Source: Mobula hypostoma
Taxonomy: Eukaryota
DNA: 64,000 nt
NCBI RefSeq assembly: GCF_963921235.1
Contig: NC_086097.1
Location: forward strand, 195,116,001-195,180,000
Direction: 5' to 3'
Part shown: one piece after another, positions 24,806 through 38,689 of the stretch
Position numbering within the stretch: position 1 is the first letter of the stretch
Layout: every line of letters begins with the position of its first letter
Notes under the pieces: generated by a model
Databases searched by the model: none
The model's input: only the letters and a program-made list of their open reading frames with translations
What the model was told of the DNA's origin: nothing
Made by a program: the position numbers and the translations under genes

Positions 24806-25064
24806 CTAGGCTGGGAGTAAATTATGATAAAGACACACGGGAAGCAAATTTTAAGATATGATTAAAAAAAAAGCAGCAGAAAGAAAAGAGAAATCGGGAC
24901 GATGAAACGCATTAGTAAATGAATAATTGCAGACATATCGTGCCAATAATCAATGCCAAATCAGTTGACACTAGAAGGACACTGAGGGGAAGAAAAATTA
25001 TTTTAAGAGGGAAAAAGAGGCAAAATGGAGAGTTCATTTACAAACACATTATTGTAACCCCATA

Positions 25065-26405
25065 TGACTATAAAACCATAAATATAGAATCAGAATTAGG
25101 CCATTTAGCCCGTCGAGTTTGTTCTGCTCTTTCATCATGACTGATCCATTTTTTTCTTTCAGCCCCAATCTCCTGCTTTCTCCCTGTATCTATTCATGCC
25201 CTGACCAATCAACCTCAGCCTTAAATATATGTAAAGAAGGCCTCCACAGCTGCCTGTAGCAACAAATTCCTCAGATTCACCACTCTCTGGCTTAAGGAAT
25301 TCCTCCTTAACTCCATTCTAAAAAGACACCCCTCTATTCTGAGGATGTGACCTCTGGTCTTAGACTCTTCCATCAGAGAGAACATCCTCTCCACATCCAC
25401 TTTATCAATCCCTTTCAACATTTGACAGCTTTCAATTAGGTCTCCCCTCATTCTTCTGAAATCCGGTGAATACAGGCTCAGAGTCATCAAACACTCTTCA
25501 TATGACAAGCCGTCCAATCCTGGAATAATTTCCGTGAACCTTCTTTGAACCCACTCCGGTGTCAGCACATCCTTTCTAAGATAAGGGGCCCAAAACTGCT
25601 CACAAAACTCCAAATGAGGTCTTGCAACTGTTTTATAAAGTCTCAACATTACATCCTTGCTTTTATACTCTAGTCCTCCTGAAAGGAGTGCTAACATTGC
25701 ATTTGCCTTCCTCACTACAGATTCAACCTGCAAATTAACCTTCAAGGAATCCTGCAAAAGGACTCCCAAGACCGTTTGCAGCTTAGATTTTTGAATTTTC
25801 TCTTAGAAAATAGTCTACCTTATACCTCTTCTACCAAAGAGCATGACCATACACTTCCTGACACTATTCCATCCGCCACTTCGTTGCCCATACTCCTAAT
25901 CTGTCTAAGTCCTTCCTTAGTCTCTCTACTTCCTCAACACTACCTGCCCCTCCACCTACATTCATGTCTTTGCAACAATGCCATCAATTCATCATCCAAG
26001 TCATTGACATATAATGAATGTAAAAAGACTCAACACAGACCCCTGTAGAACACCATTAGTTACTGGCAGCCAATCAGAAAATGCTTCCTTTATTCCTACA
26101 CTGTGCTTCCTGCCAATCAGCCTCTGCTTTACCAATGCTATTATCTTTCCTGTAATACAATGGGATCTTAACTTGTTCAGCATCCACAGGTGTGGCAGTT
26201 TGTCAAAGGCCTTCTGAAAATCCAAGTATACCACATCAACTGATTCTCCTTTGTTTATCTTGCTTGATTTTTCTTCAAAGAATTCCAAATGATTTTTCAG
26301 GCAAGATTTTCCCTTGAGGTAACTATGCTGACTACGATCTATTTTATCTTGTGCCTCCAAGTACCCCAAAACCACATCCTTAACAATTGACTCCAACATC
26401 ATTTT
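25065..26405 (-). mobile_element. CR1 ORF2 3' fragment
   Basis: VYLDFQKAFDK, QGSVL, HLEFCEQFWAP, SQRVVNL and a tail. Confidence 0.85.
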
Positions 26406-27224
26406 AACCTTATAAGCAATTCAACAATTAAAAACTAAAGCTAATTGTAACAGAAACTGATTTGAAATAATAAACACTTTTAAGGAAGTCTTTAAATTTT
26501 GATGAATCGGGTATAATTTTTTGTAACAAATTTAACACATATGTGTGATAGAAATGTTTTGGTACTGAGCCACACATTGAGATGTTACTTCTCTGTTCAC
26601 TGTAGAGCAGTGTAGCTAGGACAGCAATGCTGAATAATTGAGTTAAGTCATGTATCTCCATTGTTTTAAACAGCTGCCCCATTTGTTCACAAATAATAAG
26701 AAACCTCGGTGTTAATTTGACGATAAGGTCCATTTAATTACTTTCATTAAACACTGTTGTTGCAGATTATACTGTATATTTTTCTTATTTACCTATGCAA
26801 TGTTAGTATTTCAGGCAAAGTCAGAACGTAATTGGTACATGGAGCTTAGAAAAATGGTAGAGGTTTACGGGCGACCCTAGGTAATTTCTAAAGTACATGT
26901 TCGGCACGGCATTGTGGGCCAAAGGGCCTGTATTGTGCTGTAGGTTTTTCCATGTTTTTGTTTTTTAATTCTCATCACTAATTGTTCTTTAGAGGTTCAT
27001 CTCTGACTATGCTTTCAGCATTCAGTCACCATCATGAGAAGCACACATTAGTGTTTTACTGAGCTGAAGTGTCCATGTACTGTAAATCCACTTTGTTTTT
27101 GAATGTTAATTCAAGCCAGATTTTAAAAAAAACTAAAAGCCTGGGGTTGAAGATTCAAGTTATTGATCTGTCTCCTTTTCAAATGCTGATTGATATACAA
27201 TATAATTGTTTCTTTCTTATGAAC

Positions 27225-27420
27225 AGGTTAGTTGAGAAAATCTTTAGGATGCATCCTGCTGGGTACATGCTTGACCAGACTGCTTCCTATATCCTCACAA
27301 ATGCCTTCTGCAGTATAGTCAATAATCTCAGCTGCAATCTGATCTTGGAGTTTTTCAAAAATTGTTTTAACCTTATCTTTTGTTTCAGTGTCCAGCATTA
27401 TTTAATCGTTCCTTCCAATG
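27225..27420 (+). repeat. Unclassified repeat, copy A
   Basis: Homologous to the reverse complement of 33290-33510 (CTGCTGG.TACATGCTTG.CCAGACTGCTTCCT; CTCAGCTGCAATCTGATCTTGG; TTTAACCTTATCT). Confidence 0.75.
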
Positions 27421-27749
27421 GCTGCATTTGACCAAACTGTATTCATCTACATCTTCCTGAAAAAGCAGAAAGAAATTTGCCTCAGTTTTCATTAGACAAA
27501 TCTTTTGACAGAATAGATTTCCCTTGGTATTCCTGTCAGGATCACTAAATCCTATTTGTCTGACTCAGAAGAATTTCAATATCTTTCTCTAAAATACAAG
27601 AAAAATAGTTGACACTTCAAACCAACAACACAGTATTTTTTTATCTTACTAAGTGTTGCATAGAAGAAAAATATATTAAGTAAAAGTTAAAAAACATATC
27701 AAGACAGAATCACTTTTACTTTCTGTATGGAGGTGGACAGCCACCTATA

Positions 27750-28463
27750 CACAAGAAATTCTGCAGGTGTTGGAAATCCAAACCAACACACACAAAATGC
27801 AGGAGGAACTCAGCAAGTCAGGTAGCATCCATGGAAATAGATAAACAGTTTACGTTTTGGACCAAGGCCCTTCGTCAAGACTGGAAAGGAAAGAGGAAAA
27901 TGCCAGAGTTAAATGGTGGGGGGAGGGGAAGGAGGATAGCTAAAATGTGACAAGTGAAGCAGGTGGGTAAAGGGCTGAAGAGGAAGGCATCTCATAGGAG
28001 AAGAGAGTAGACCACAGGAGAAAGGGAAGGAGGAGGTGATAGGCGAGTGAGAAGAGGTAAGCGGCCAAAGTGGGGAATAGAAGATGAGGCGAGGGGAAGG
28101 GATTTTTTTTAACCAGTAGGAGAAATCAGTATTCACGCCATCAGGCTGTAGGCTACCCAGGCAAAATATAAAGTGTTGCTCCTCATCCCCGAGGGTGATT
28201 TCATCGTGGGCTCTGAATAGAGGTGAGAGGCAATGAGTGAGCAGATGTAGCAGTTTGGCTGCTTTTCTGGATAAGTGCCAGGAGGGAGATTAGTAGGGAG
28301 GGATGAAAGGAAGAGGGAATCATGAAGGGAACAGTCTTTGCGGAGAGGGGGTAAAGATGTGTTTAGTGATCGATTGCCTTTGGAGATGGTGGGAATTGCA
28401 GAGAAAGGTGTGTTGGATGTGGAAGCTCTTGGGGTAGTAGATAAGGACAAGAGGAATTCTATA
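27750..28463 (-). mobile_element. Older PLE fragment (endonuclease remnant + pLTR with degenerate hammerhead at ~27846-27883)
   Basis: LPTNLPPGTY and remnants of EEQHFIFCLGSLQPDG. Minus strand AGTCTTGACGAAGGGCCTTGGTCCAAAACGTAAACT. Confidence 0.8.
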
Positions 28464-29104
28464 GTTCTGCACCATACAATGTAGCAAGAACACAAGCAGC
28501 AGCTGGTCATGTGATATAATTTCTAGCGTGGTGCCAATCACTATTGCATATGACATTTATGTTTCACATCCAAAATAACTGACCCATTTCTCTGTGATTG
28601 GCTTTAGCACAAAGTCTTCCAACTGCCTTCTTGCAAATTTATTTTCAGATTTCCTTGTGAAGTATGTGCATGACCATGAGCAAGTTGTGTAACAGGAGTG
28701 ACGGGTGTTGTTGAATGATCCCATCCTGTTGTATCTTTGAGTTGAATCCTATTCAGGTGGACATAGATATCAAAAGAACTCCAACACTTCCAAATATGGA
28801 TGTGAGATCTTTCTGATCTATTATGGTAAAACCCATATCATAAGACCTGATTCATTGGGTTCTTGGGATATTTCTCAGCAGGTTGCAGTGTTTTCTTGTA
28901 CATGAAGATCACATAACTCATTAGTTTCAATTGTACTCCTATGAGACTGATAACTTGTTTTGCAGCAACAAAAATTGCAAATTTCCCTCTCTCTAGTTGC
29001 CCCGTTAGCACATTAACCAGACAATATCAATCACTAATCCCTATGACAATGCTGCACTCACCATATTAAAGATATTCCCTTTGTCCTTTCCATTGAATCT
29101 GGAT

Positions 29105-30118
29105 AATGGACCACTTGACTGGCAAACCACAGTTTGTGTGGCTTCAGAGCTGTGTGTCAGACATGGCTATAAGAAGCATTGTCGCACCACAGGGGACTGC
29201 ATTGGCTCCCTTCCTGTTTACCCTGTATACCTTGGACTTTAGATACAACACTGAGTAGCGTCATCTGCGGAAATTCTCTGATGAATCTGCAATAGTTTGG
29301 AGTATAAAAGGAGGAGGGGAGGATGAATACAGCGTCCTGCTGGAGGACTTTGTCAAATGGTGCAAGCTGAATCATCTGCAACTCAACATTAATAAAACAA
29401 TGGGGATGGTGATGGACTTTATGAAGACTAAGCCTGCACTGTTCCCTTTTACTATTGATGGTGACGACGTGGATATGCTGAAAACCTACAAGTACCTGGG
29501 GGTGCACCTGGATGACAGACTTGAGTGGAGCACCAACAGAGGCTGTAGACAAGAAGGGCTAGAGTTTCCTCTACTTCCTGAGGAGACTCAGGTCCTTTGG
29601 CATTTGCAGACCTCTCCTTCACATGTTCTACCAGTCAGTTGTCACCCGTACAATCTTCTATGCAGTGGTGTGCTGGGACAATGGCATCAACACAGGTGAT
29701 GCCAACAGGCTCAATAAGCTGATTAGAAAGGCTGGCTCTGTTATAGGAGTCCAACTCCACACACTAGAGGCTGGGGTAGAACAAAGGACCCTACGGAAAA
29801 ATCTTGGCATTTCTGGACAATGTTTCTCACCCTCTGCATGCCACCTTGGCTGAACAGAGGAGCACTCTTAGTAATAGACTAAGACAATTGAACTGCTCCA
29901 AAGAGTGCTATATGAGGTCATTCTTACCCTTGGCCATTAGGCTGTATAATGAGCCAACCTATAGCTAGGGAAGTGATGACCCCCTCCTGTTGGACTGTTT
30001 GAGGTAACTTATTTTTTTATTTTTTCTTACTTCTCTTCTAATATTTGTATCTGTGCACTTATAATGCTATTATGACACTGTAACTTCTTTTCGGATCAAT
30101 AAAGTATCTATCTATCTA
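29105..30118 (+). mobile_element. Rex1/Babar fragment
   Basis: PQGTALAP, KFSDES, YKYLGVHLDDRL and FYQSVV motifs, then AATAAA and an (ATCT)n tail. Confidence 0.85.
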
Positions 30119-30159
30119 ACCGTCTGCACCCTCTCAATAACTTAAAGGTTTGTTTTCTC

Positions 30160-30243
30160 TCTTTGATAGTCTGATGAATGATCTTTGACCTGAAATATTA
30201 ATTGCTTCCTTTTCCACATTCACTGTCCGAACTGCTGAGTATT
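30160..30243 (+). mobile_element. Ancient pLTR remnant with hammerhead-like core
   Basis: TAGTCTGATGAATGATCTTTGACCTGAAATATTAATTG...CTGCTGAGT has the same layout as the younger pLTRs. Confidence 0.5.
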
Positions 30244-30244
30244 G

Positions 30245-32160
30245 TAGGTGACACTAAGTTTGGAGGTGTGGATAGTGTAAAAGGCTGTTGTAGGTTACAA
30301 CGGAATATAGACAGGGTGCAGAGTTGGGTGAAGGAGTGGCAAATGGAGTTTAATTTGGAAAACTGTGTAGCGGCACACTTTGGAAGACTGAACTTGAAGG
30401 TTCAATCAAGGTTAATAGAAATATTCTTAGCCATGTTGAGGAATAGAGGGATATTGAAGTTCAAATTTATATGCCCCTCAAACTTACCATGCAAGTTGAT
30501 AGGGTGATTAAGATGATGTATGATGTGCTAGCCTTCAGTAGTTGGTGAGTGGGATTAAGGAGTTCAAGGCAACGTTTGAGCTCTATAAAGCTCTGGTTCA
30601 GCATATTTAAGAGTTTTGCATTTTGTTCTGTTTGTCTCATTATAGGAAAGACATGGAAACTTTAGTAAGGGTGCAAAGGAGATTTAGCGGGATGCTGCTC
30701 AGATTAGAGGATGTCTTACAAGGGAAGTCTGAGCAAGTTAGAGCTTTTCTCTTTGGAAGTGGCTGAGGTTGAGCGGTGTACAAAGAGAGGACAAACAGCA
30801 CCATTTTCTCAAGGAGGCAATGGTAAGTTCTGTTTGTTTAGGCCAAATGAAAGAAAGTTAAGGGTGATATTAGAGGTAGATGTTTTACACAAAAGGTGGT
30901 GGATCCCTGAAATGCACTGCCAGGGTTGGTGGCAAAGGCTAATATAGTAGGGACATTTAAGAGACTCTTAGGCAAATGGATGTGAGAAAAATGAAGGGTC
31001 ATAGGCTGTGCCCATCTCAGGTCCAGAAACAAGACATCCATGAGTTCCCTCATCAAGTTCCAATATGCAGATGACAACAGAGTTACAGCTGTCTCAGAAA
31101 ACCACCTACAAGGGATTCTGACTGCCTTCAACTGTGCATACATTAAACTTGGACTTACCATCAATTCCAAGAAGACTCAGATCATCTACCAACCGTCACA
31201 AACTGAGACAAATCGGATAGAACCATCAATTCAACTGGGTGAAATAACCCTGGAAAATGTGGACCACTGACCACTTTCCGTATCTTGGAAGTCACCTCTC
31301 CTCCAATGTCGACCTTAATGACGAGTCCAATGTCCTCTTAAGTGCGCTGGAACAGTTTTTGGATGTCTCCGAACAAGAGTCTTTCATGATTGTGACATCC
31401 GAACAGACACCAAAATGTTAGTGTACAAAGCAGTGGTAATACCAATGCTCCTGTATGCATCAGAAACCTGGACAACATACCAACAACATCTGAAAGCACT
31501 TGAAAAGTTCCATCAACGCTGTCTTGAAAACATCTTAAATATCAGCTGGGAAGATAGAAGAACCAACATCAGAGTGCTAAATGAAGCAAAAACAACAAGC
31601 ACTGAAGCCTACGTCATCAAAAACCAACTAAGATGGAGCGGTCATGTTGTTTGGATGAAAGATGAACGTCTGCCGAAACAAATCTTCTACTCCCAGCTTA
31701 AAGAAGGCAAATCTAATAGAGGCGGACAACAGAAGGGATTCAAGGACGTCGACATCAACAATTGGGAAACCAAGGCCAAGGACAGGAAACTTTGGCAAGC
31801 CATCATCCGAGAAGGAACAGCAACTTTCAAAGCCAACAGATGTGCAGAATTAGAAGAAAAGAGAAGAAAATGGAAAGAGAAGCAGCAACAACCAAAGCCC
31901 GATCTGCCATCTGGAACTACCTGTCCTGAATGTGGAAGAACTTTCAAAGCCAAGATTGGCCACTTGAGAGCCCATAAATAGTTCAACAGAACGAAGACCA
32001 TTATCCTCGAACACGAGGGATAGCCACGACGACGATGACAAAGGAGGATGGGGGGTGGGGGAGGTTTAGTCTGATACTGCAGTATGCATAAATACTGTAG
32101 GTAGGCTCAACATCATGGGCCAAAGGGTCAGTACTGTGCAGTACTCCTATATGTTCTATG
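30245..32160 (+). mobile_element. Degenerate CR1 split near its 3' end by an RTE
   Basis: GDTKFGG...WQMEFN motifs. The tail resumes at ~32040. Confidence 0.7.
31010..32038 (+). mobile_element. RTE-clade LINE 3' fragment with C-terminal C2H2-like finger
   Basis: QYADD, YLGS, VYKAVVIPMLLYASETW, QLRWSGHV, CPECGRTF...HLRAH and a (GAC/GAT)n tail. Confidence 0.88.
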
Positions 32161-32624
32161 TTAACCCACTCCATGGACTTCTGATGTCCTTATCGCCCTG
32201 CCTTTACCATATCTTCTGCCTTTTGTTTCAGATTTAACTGAAAATATTCCAACAGTGTTGTTAAGTCAGAGTTGGACCTTTCATATATATGGTCGTACTC
32301 CCAGATATGTAGCTGTGTTTTAATACTCAGATATTGTAAAACTTGTTTCAATAATAATATTTGATCGCTAGCAATTATATCATATGATCAATTGCTCTGA
32401 TATTCTTGCAAAATTATCTAGTGTTAAATTTGCTATATGTCTGTTTGGTTTCTGTGGTGAAAGCCAGAGTAAGCAAAAAACTATCTATGAAAATAAAATA
32501 CTTCATTTTATTGACATGGTAATATTTTTTCTTCTTAATATTGCATCCTATTGTGTTGTTGTTTGGAACTACCAACTACTTTTCTTGTAGTTTGAGAAAG
32601 AGATTTTGAAATTATTCTTACTAT

Positions 32625-33240
32625 ATTTTACTGAAAATGAAGGCGAGAAATCAAGGTAGGAAGATGGGGGGGGGGTGAAGGGGAGGAAGAAGTACATGGT
32701 AGATGGTGATAGGTGAAATGGGGAGAAAGATAAAGCAATTGCCCTGAAATTAGAAAAAATCCTTATAAGGAGCAACACCTTGTAGTTCGTCTGGAGAACG
32801 TCTAGCCTAATGGAACGAACATCAACTTCTCTATCTTCCAGTAATTTCCCCCATCACCATTCCCCATGCCTCATCTCCCTACCTGCCCATCACCTCCTTC
32901 TGGTGCTTCTCCCCCTTCCTTTCTTCCACGGTCTTCTGTGCTCTCCTATCAGTTTTCCCCTTTCTCCAGCCCTTTATCTCTTTCATCAATCAACTTCCCA
33001 ACTCTTTACTTCACCCCCTCCCCCTTTCCCAGTTTCACCTATCACCTGCTACCTTGTACTTCTTCCTCCCCTCCCCCACCTTCTGACTTTGACTTCTCCC
33101 TTTCATTTCCAACATTGAAGAGAAATGTCAGCCTGAAACATCGACTATTTACTCTTTTCCATAGATGCTGCCTGGAATGCTGGGCTCCTCCAGCATTTTG
33201 TGTGAGTTGCCCTGGATTTCCAGCATCTGTGGATTGTAGA
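32625..33240. mobile_element. Older PLE remnant with inverted arm (~32625-32770 minus, ~32771-33240 plus)
   Basis: A purine-rich inverted 3' region abuts GGAGCAACACCTT (EQHL), followed by a pyrimidine tract and a pLTR with eroded hammerhead (~33110-33147). Confidence 0.7.
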
Positions 33241-33289
33241 TGATTCCATGGTGCCCCATTAATATAGTTTCTTCAAATGGATAACCATT

Positions 33290-33510
33290 AATAGAAGGAA
33301 GGATAAAACAATGTTGAAGATGGCAATGATAGATAAGGTTAAAGCTGTTTAAGATGTACCCAAGATCAGATTGCAGCTGAGGCTGGTGTCTAACTGCAAA
33401 AGGTTGAGGGTATGGCACGTCTAAGAAACTCTGCATCCACGTAGAGTACAGGAAGCAGTCTGGCCAAGCATGTATCCAGCAGAATCCTTCCTAAAGAGTT
33501 TCCCAAATGA
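33290..33510 (-). repeat. Unclassified repeat, copy B
   Basis: Inverted homolog of 27225-27420 with an extra internal segment. Confidence 0.75.
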
Positions 33511-33876
33511 GAAAGAAACAATTATATTCATATAATATATACTAATCAGAATATGAAAGTGAGACAGGTTAATATTTTGATGTGTCTCTTTTTCTCGAAC
33601 TGTCTTAGCTGCACATGAACACCATTTTTTTATTCTCCAGCACTTATACTTCATAACTAAATCCTGATGATTCTTTTTTACTTGACCCATAGCTTTCTCT
33701 AAACTTTCAGCAAAATAATATTGATTTAAGTGGCTTGAATGAAGATTCAAGAATAATCTTGAATGATATGGAGTCTTTAACTACTATTACATACTAATGT
33801 TCATTTCTCATAGTGGTGACTCTAAATGCGGAATGCAGAGTCAGAAATACATTTAAAGGTGGATAGAAGGTTGTGG

Positions 33877-35357
33877 ATTTAAAAACGCAAACACGAGGAA
33901 TTCTGCAGATGCTGGAAATTCAAGCAACACACATCAAAGTTGCTGGTGAATGCAGCAGGCCAGGCAGCATCTCTAAGAAGAGGTACAGTTGACGGTTCAG
34001 GCCGAGACCCTTCGTCCGGACTAACTGAAAGAAGAGCTAGTAAGAGATTTGAAAGTGGAAGGGGTAGGGGGAGATCCAAAATGATAGGAGAAGACAGGAG
34101 GGGGAGGGATGGAGCCAAGAGCTGGACAGTTGATTGGCAAAAGGGATATGAGAGGATCATGGGACAGGAAGCCCAGGGAGAAAGAAAAGGGGGTGGGGGG
34201 GGAAACCCAGAGCATGGGCAAGGGGTATAGTGAGAGGGACAGAGGGAGAAAAAGGAGAGAGAGAGAAAGAATGTGTGTATATAAATAAATAACGGATGGG
34301 GTACGAGGGGGAGGTGGGGTATTAGCGGAAGTTTGAGAAGTCAATGTTCATGTCATCAGGTTGGAGGCTACCCAGATGGAAAATAAGGTGTTGTTCCTCC
34401 AACCGGAGTGTGGCTTCATCTTTACAGTAGAGGAGGCCGTGGATAGATATATCAGAATGGGAATGGGACGTGGAATTAAAATGTGTGGCCACTGGGAGAT
34501 CCTGCTTTCTCTGGCAAACAGAGCGTAGGTGTTCAGCAAAACGATTTCCCAGTCTGTGTCGGGTCTCGCCAATATATAGAAGGCCACATCGGGAGCACCT
34601 GACGCAGTATATCAACCCAGCTGACTCACAGGTGAAGTTTCGCCTCACCTGTAAGGACTGTCTGGGGCCCTGAACGGTGGTAAGGGAGGAAGTGTAAGGG
34701 CATAAGCAGCACTTGTTCCGCTTACAAGGATAAGTGCCAGGAGGAAGATCAGTGGGGAGGGATGGGGTGGTCAATGGACAAGGGAGTCGCACAGGGAGTG
34801 ATCCCCGTGGAGAGCGGGGGGCGGGGTGGGAAAGATGTGCTTAGTGGTGGGATCCCGTTGGAGGTGGCGGAAGTTATGGATAATATGTTGGACCCAGAGA
34901 CTGGTGGGGTGGTAGGTGAGGACAAGGGGAACCCTATTCCTAGTGGGGTGGCGGGAGGATGGAGTGAGAGCAGATGTACGTGAAATGGGGAGATGGGTTT
35001 GAGAGTAGAGTTGATGGTGGAGGAAGGGAAGCCCCTTTCTTTAAAAAAGGAGGACATCTCCCTCATCCTGGAATGAAAAGCCTCATCCTAAGAGCAGATG
35101 TGGCAGAAACGGAGGAATTGCGAGAAGGGAATGGCATTTTTGCAAGAGACAGGGTGAGAAGAGGAATAGTCCAGATAGCTGTGAGAGTCAGTAAGCTTAT
35201 AGTAGACATCAGTAGATAAGCTGTCTCCAGAGACAGAGACAGAAAGATCTAAAAAGGGGAGGGAGGTGTCGGAAATGGATCAGGTAAACTTGAGGGCAGG
35301 GTGAAAGTTGGAGGCAAAGTTAATGAAGTCAACGAGCTCAGCATGCGTGCAGGAAGC
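33877..35357 (-). mobile_element. Penelope-like element, 5'-truncated and frameshifted, same family as 1-2030
   Basis: Closely matches 598-2030. GLIYCVRCSRCGLLYIGET motif. The pLTR hammerhead at ~33986-34024 has core changes CGGACGA and GAAC. Confidence 0.93.
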
Positions 35358-37868
35358 GTTGGTTCTGGAGATTTTTGGCAAGATAGGAGTAGGATTGGGT
35401 TAATGGCTTATGAAGCCTGCTATCAGATCATGTCCTCAGCTCTATCGTAATAACTTTCACTATAACCTTTGATGTCCATCGAAGTCAAAACATTTCTTTC
35501 TCGGCCTTGATGGCTGTGTTTTCTCAGCCATTTTTAGAAGAAATCTTGAAGATTCACAGTCCTTTAAGAGTTGAAATTCCTTCTGTTTCATGAATAAACA
35601 ACCCCTTGGTTTGAGTTCTAGGGGACAGAATTTCAGAGCTCAGCGAGATGAAACTACAGCCACCAATGATAAAGCAAAGATATTCAAAGATACAGAAGGC
35701 CAATATGTTAGGAATGAAGTAGTATTCTCAGAAAGTTATAGTTTTGGGTTTGGATTGCATAAACTATGAATTTTGCATGAACTTTACTGAACATAAAGTT
35801 GAGTATGAGGTGCTCTAGGAACTGAATAGATTAGTGACATAATGGGTTAAGAAGATTTAATGTGATTGATGTATGCACTGAAGATTTTAGATTAATCTTT
35901 CCAAGGCATCGAAGGTGAGGGGCTAGAATTGCAATCACTTAATTCAAATATTGTTCGTCTAGCATACATTTTTTCTTGCTTGCCTAACATTTAAGTAAGT
36001 CTCTACTGGACTATTATATTTTTATGGACATTGATATTAAAATGATTGTAATTGTAGACTTCTAAAAACTGACATTGTTGAATTTTACAGTAATTCCTTA
36101 GTTGCTCATTTGAAAGATCATTATCCTCAAATGTTACCTGTTCCTCTCTCCACAAATACTGTATGGACTGTTGTATATTTCAAACATCCAGTTTTTATTT
36201 CAGCTTCCCAACTTCTGCAGAATTTTACCTTTGTACCTTCATTTATTAGATGTTGCTTCTTTTGTCGCAGCTTGAATGCCTCTTCATGAGAAATATTTCT
36301 CTCTATCACATTAACTGTAGAATAACGAGACAAAAATATAAAAAGTAATTCAAAGAGGCCCATTAATTCCAGTTGGCTGATTTCTTGTTGACTCATGGTG
36401 TGCAGTGAGCAGCTGACTGATTAAGCACTCCTCTGTGATATTCTCTAATTGGCCCTTTTTTAATTTCAGAACAAAGAGCAGGTGCTAACATAGGAAATAA
36501 ATATTCACGAGTGAAAATGGCTTGTTAGAGCAAAACATTTAAGCAGTGCAATCCTAGTAGAAGTTCAAAAACTTATAAGTTTCACAGACAAGATAAGGTT
36601 TCGAGAGTTGCCATTTACCAACTACGAAGCAAACATATGTATTTTCTACCTGCATTATTTTTATTTGGAAACATGAGAAATGGAGCAGAGCTCAAGCATA
36701 ATGAAACAAGATTGTAATGTGGAGAACAGGAATATTGTCACAAAATTGATAGCATAGAGAAAGATAATCTAGGCCTGTAACTATTTCTTAAAAAAGAGAA
36801 AGCAACTCAGTCAAACCTGAAATAAGTCAAATGAATGTGATCTCTGAACTTGTTTTCAAATTAGTGTATTCAGTTTCCTCAATTTTGCTTGTCTCTTTTA
36901 TCCAGTCAATATTGTGACAGAGACTGAAATTATGCTGAGTAAATCTCTACAAATGTTTCTGAATGTAGCGTCAAGATGAATTTTAACAAGCAACACAACA
37001 TCAGAAATGGTTATACAAATATAATGGAAAAAATACCAGATTACTATCAGTTAAGGTGTTCAATTAATTTGTGTATTAATGGGAAAAAATAACTCTAGTC
37101 TTCTCTCCAGAGATGCTGTCTGATCTGCTGAGTAGCCCCAGATCTTCCTGATTTTATTTAAAAAGTTACCTTTTTAATTAGATCCACCACTGAGAAGAGG
37201 GATATGGGAAGTTATTACATCAGCCTTAAGTATGAAAATTAGTAGTGATCCATAAAATACTTAAAAACCAGACTGTAGGTTTCATATAATTGAACTTAAA
37301 ACTATTAAACATATTTTCATTATTAATAACTATTTGATATTTTCATCAAAATTATCTTTATAAACAAAGGAGGAACTCATGACAAAACAATAATGGAGGA
37401 TTCTGAGACATTACTCTCATATTAATTATCTTTAAAAGGAGCAAAGCTGAAAATGAAAACCTGTGAAATCAGAGTTCTTGCAATGGGCATGTGAAGGGTT
37501 TATTAAACAACCCATCTTTTTTTTGCTGTAATAAACTATATTTCAATCAATATATTTAACAATGTTACACTGCATAATGTGGAGACTTGACAGAAATGAA
37601 ATGCCACGGTAGCTGACATAAGACCTATACCTCATTTTAATTAGAATTAGTCTAAGAGACAGGAATATAACATCACTTCAGGAATACCAACATTTCCACT
37701 TTGGACAGATGCACTTAGAATCCCTCATTTATGAGCTTACGGATTTATATGATGTACAGAGAGCCCAGCTTTAGCTTAGATGAAAATACTACTGGAATGA
37801 ATCAAAAGCTGTACGTCAACTTCAACAAAGAGTCCTTTGAGACCAGGATGGTGGCATTATAGTGCAAT

Positions 37869-37882
37869 GTTACCATGGAAAC
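37869..37882. promoter_or_regulatory. RFX X-box consensus match
   Basis: GTTACCATGGAAAC, a near-perfect palindrome in apparently non-repetitive sequence. Function is not shown. Confidence 0.35.
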
Positions 37883-38689
37883 CAAACTTGTCTTTTGACC
37901 AATGTCATGAAGCTGGCCTTTAGGTATTCACCATGTACGATGTATCCACCCACTTAGAACATGAGGTGAAATTTCCCAAGGGAAAAATACTCTTTTTCAA
38001 ATTATTTCATTTTATATATCTGCTAAAGAATTTTCAAAAAGAACACATTAAGTTGAATAGATGTTTGATATGGTCAAAACAACTATTCATGCACTATATC
38101 AACCGTTTAAAACTACCATGCATTTTGTTTTATCTTTATAGATTTTTATTAATGTTGAGTAAAACTGAATATTAATTATCCACAGTTTGAATCTGGAATA
38201 ATTTTATTGTTCTTTGGTATGTTTGCTCTTACTCAGTGTCATTTGATAATTTCTTCTAACTGTTGAAAATTCTACCTTGATCAAAGAGATAATTTCTTCA
38301 AGATTCTTTAAATTAACCTAAGTAGGGTAAGTCATTTTGGAAGTAAAGCAGAAAGCATTTGTATGCTGCTGGGCCAAATTGACAAAAGCATTGCTCCATC
38401 AGAACGTAGTAAGAGTCACTTAGCAGCATCAAGTCAGAAAACCGCAGTAGATTTCACTTCTGTTTAATCGAACATAATAAGGAATAATGAGAACATCCAA
38501 GTATCAACCGACCAAACACATTTGGAATGCTTATTTTTGGCACCATGGTTGAATTGATCTGCTCAGTAGGAGTAACACTGAATCAATTTACCTGGGATGA
38601 GGTTGTCATGAAATAAGAACTGAACTATGGAAATTGGTTTTGCCTACACGTTGCTAATAAGTGAAAGCCTACATTGAAACAGAATGTAT

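Noticed and set aside
37924..37965. Possible 42-nt micro-exon (AG|GTATTC...GAG|GTGAAA)
   Set aside because: Weak splice signals and an unrecognised peptide. No support without RNA data.
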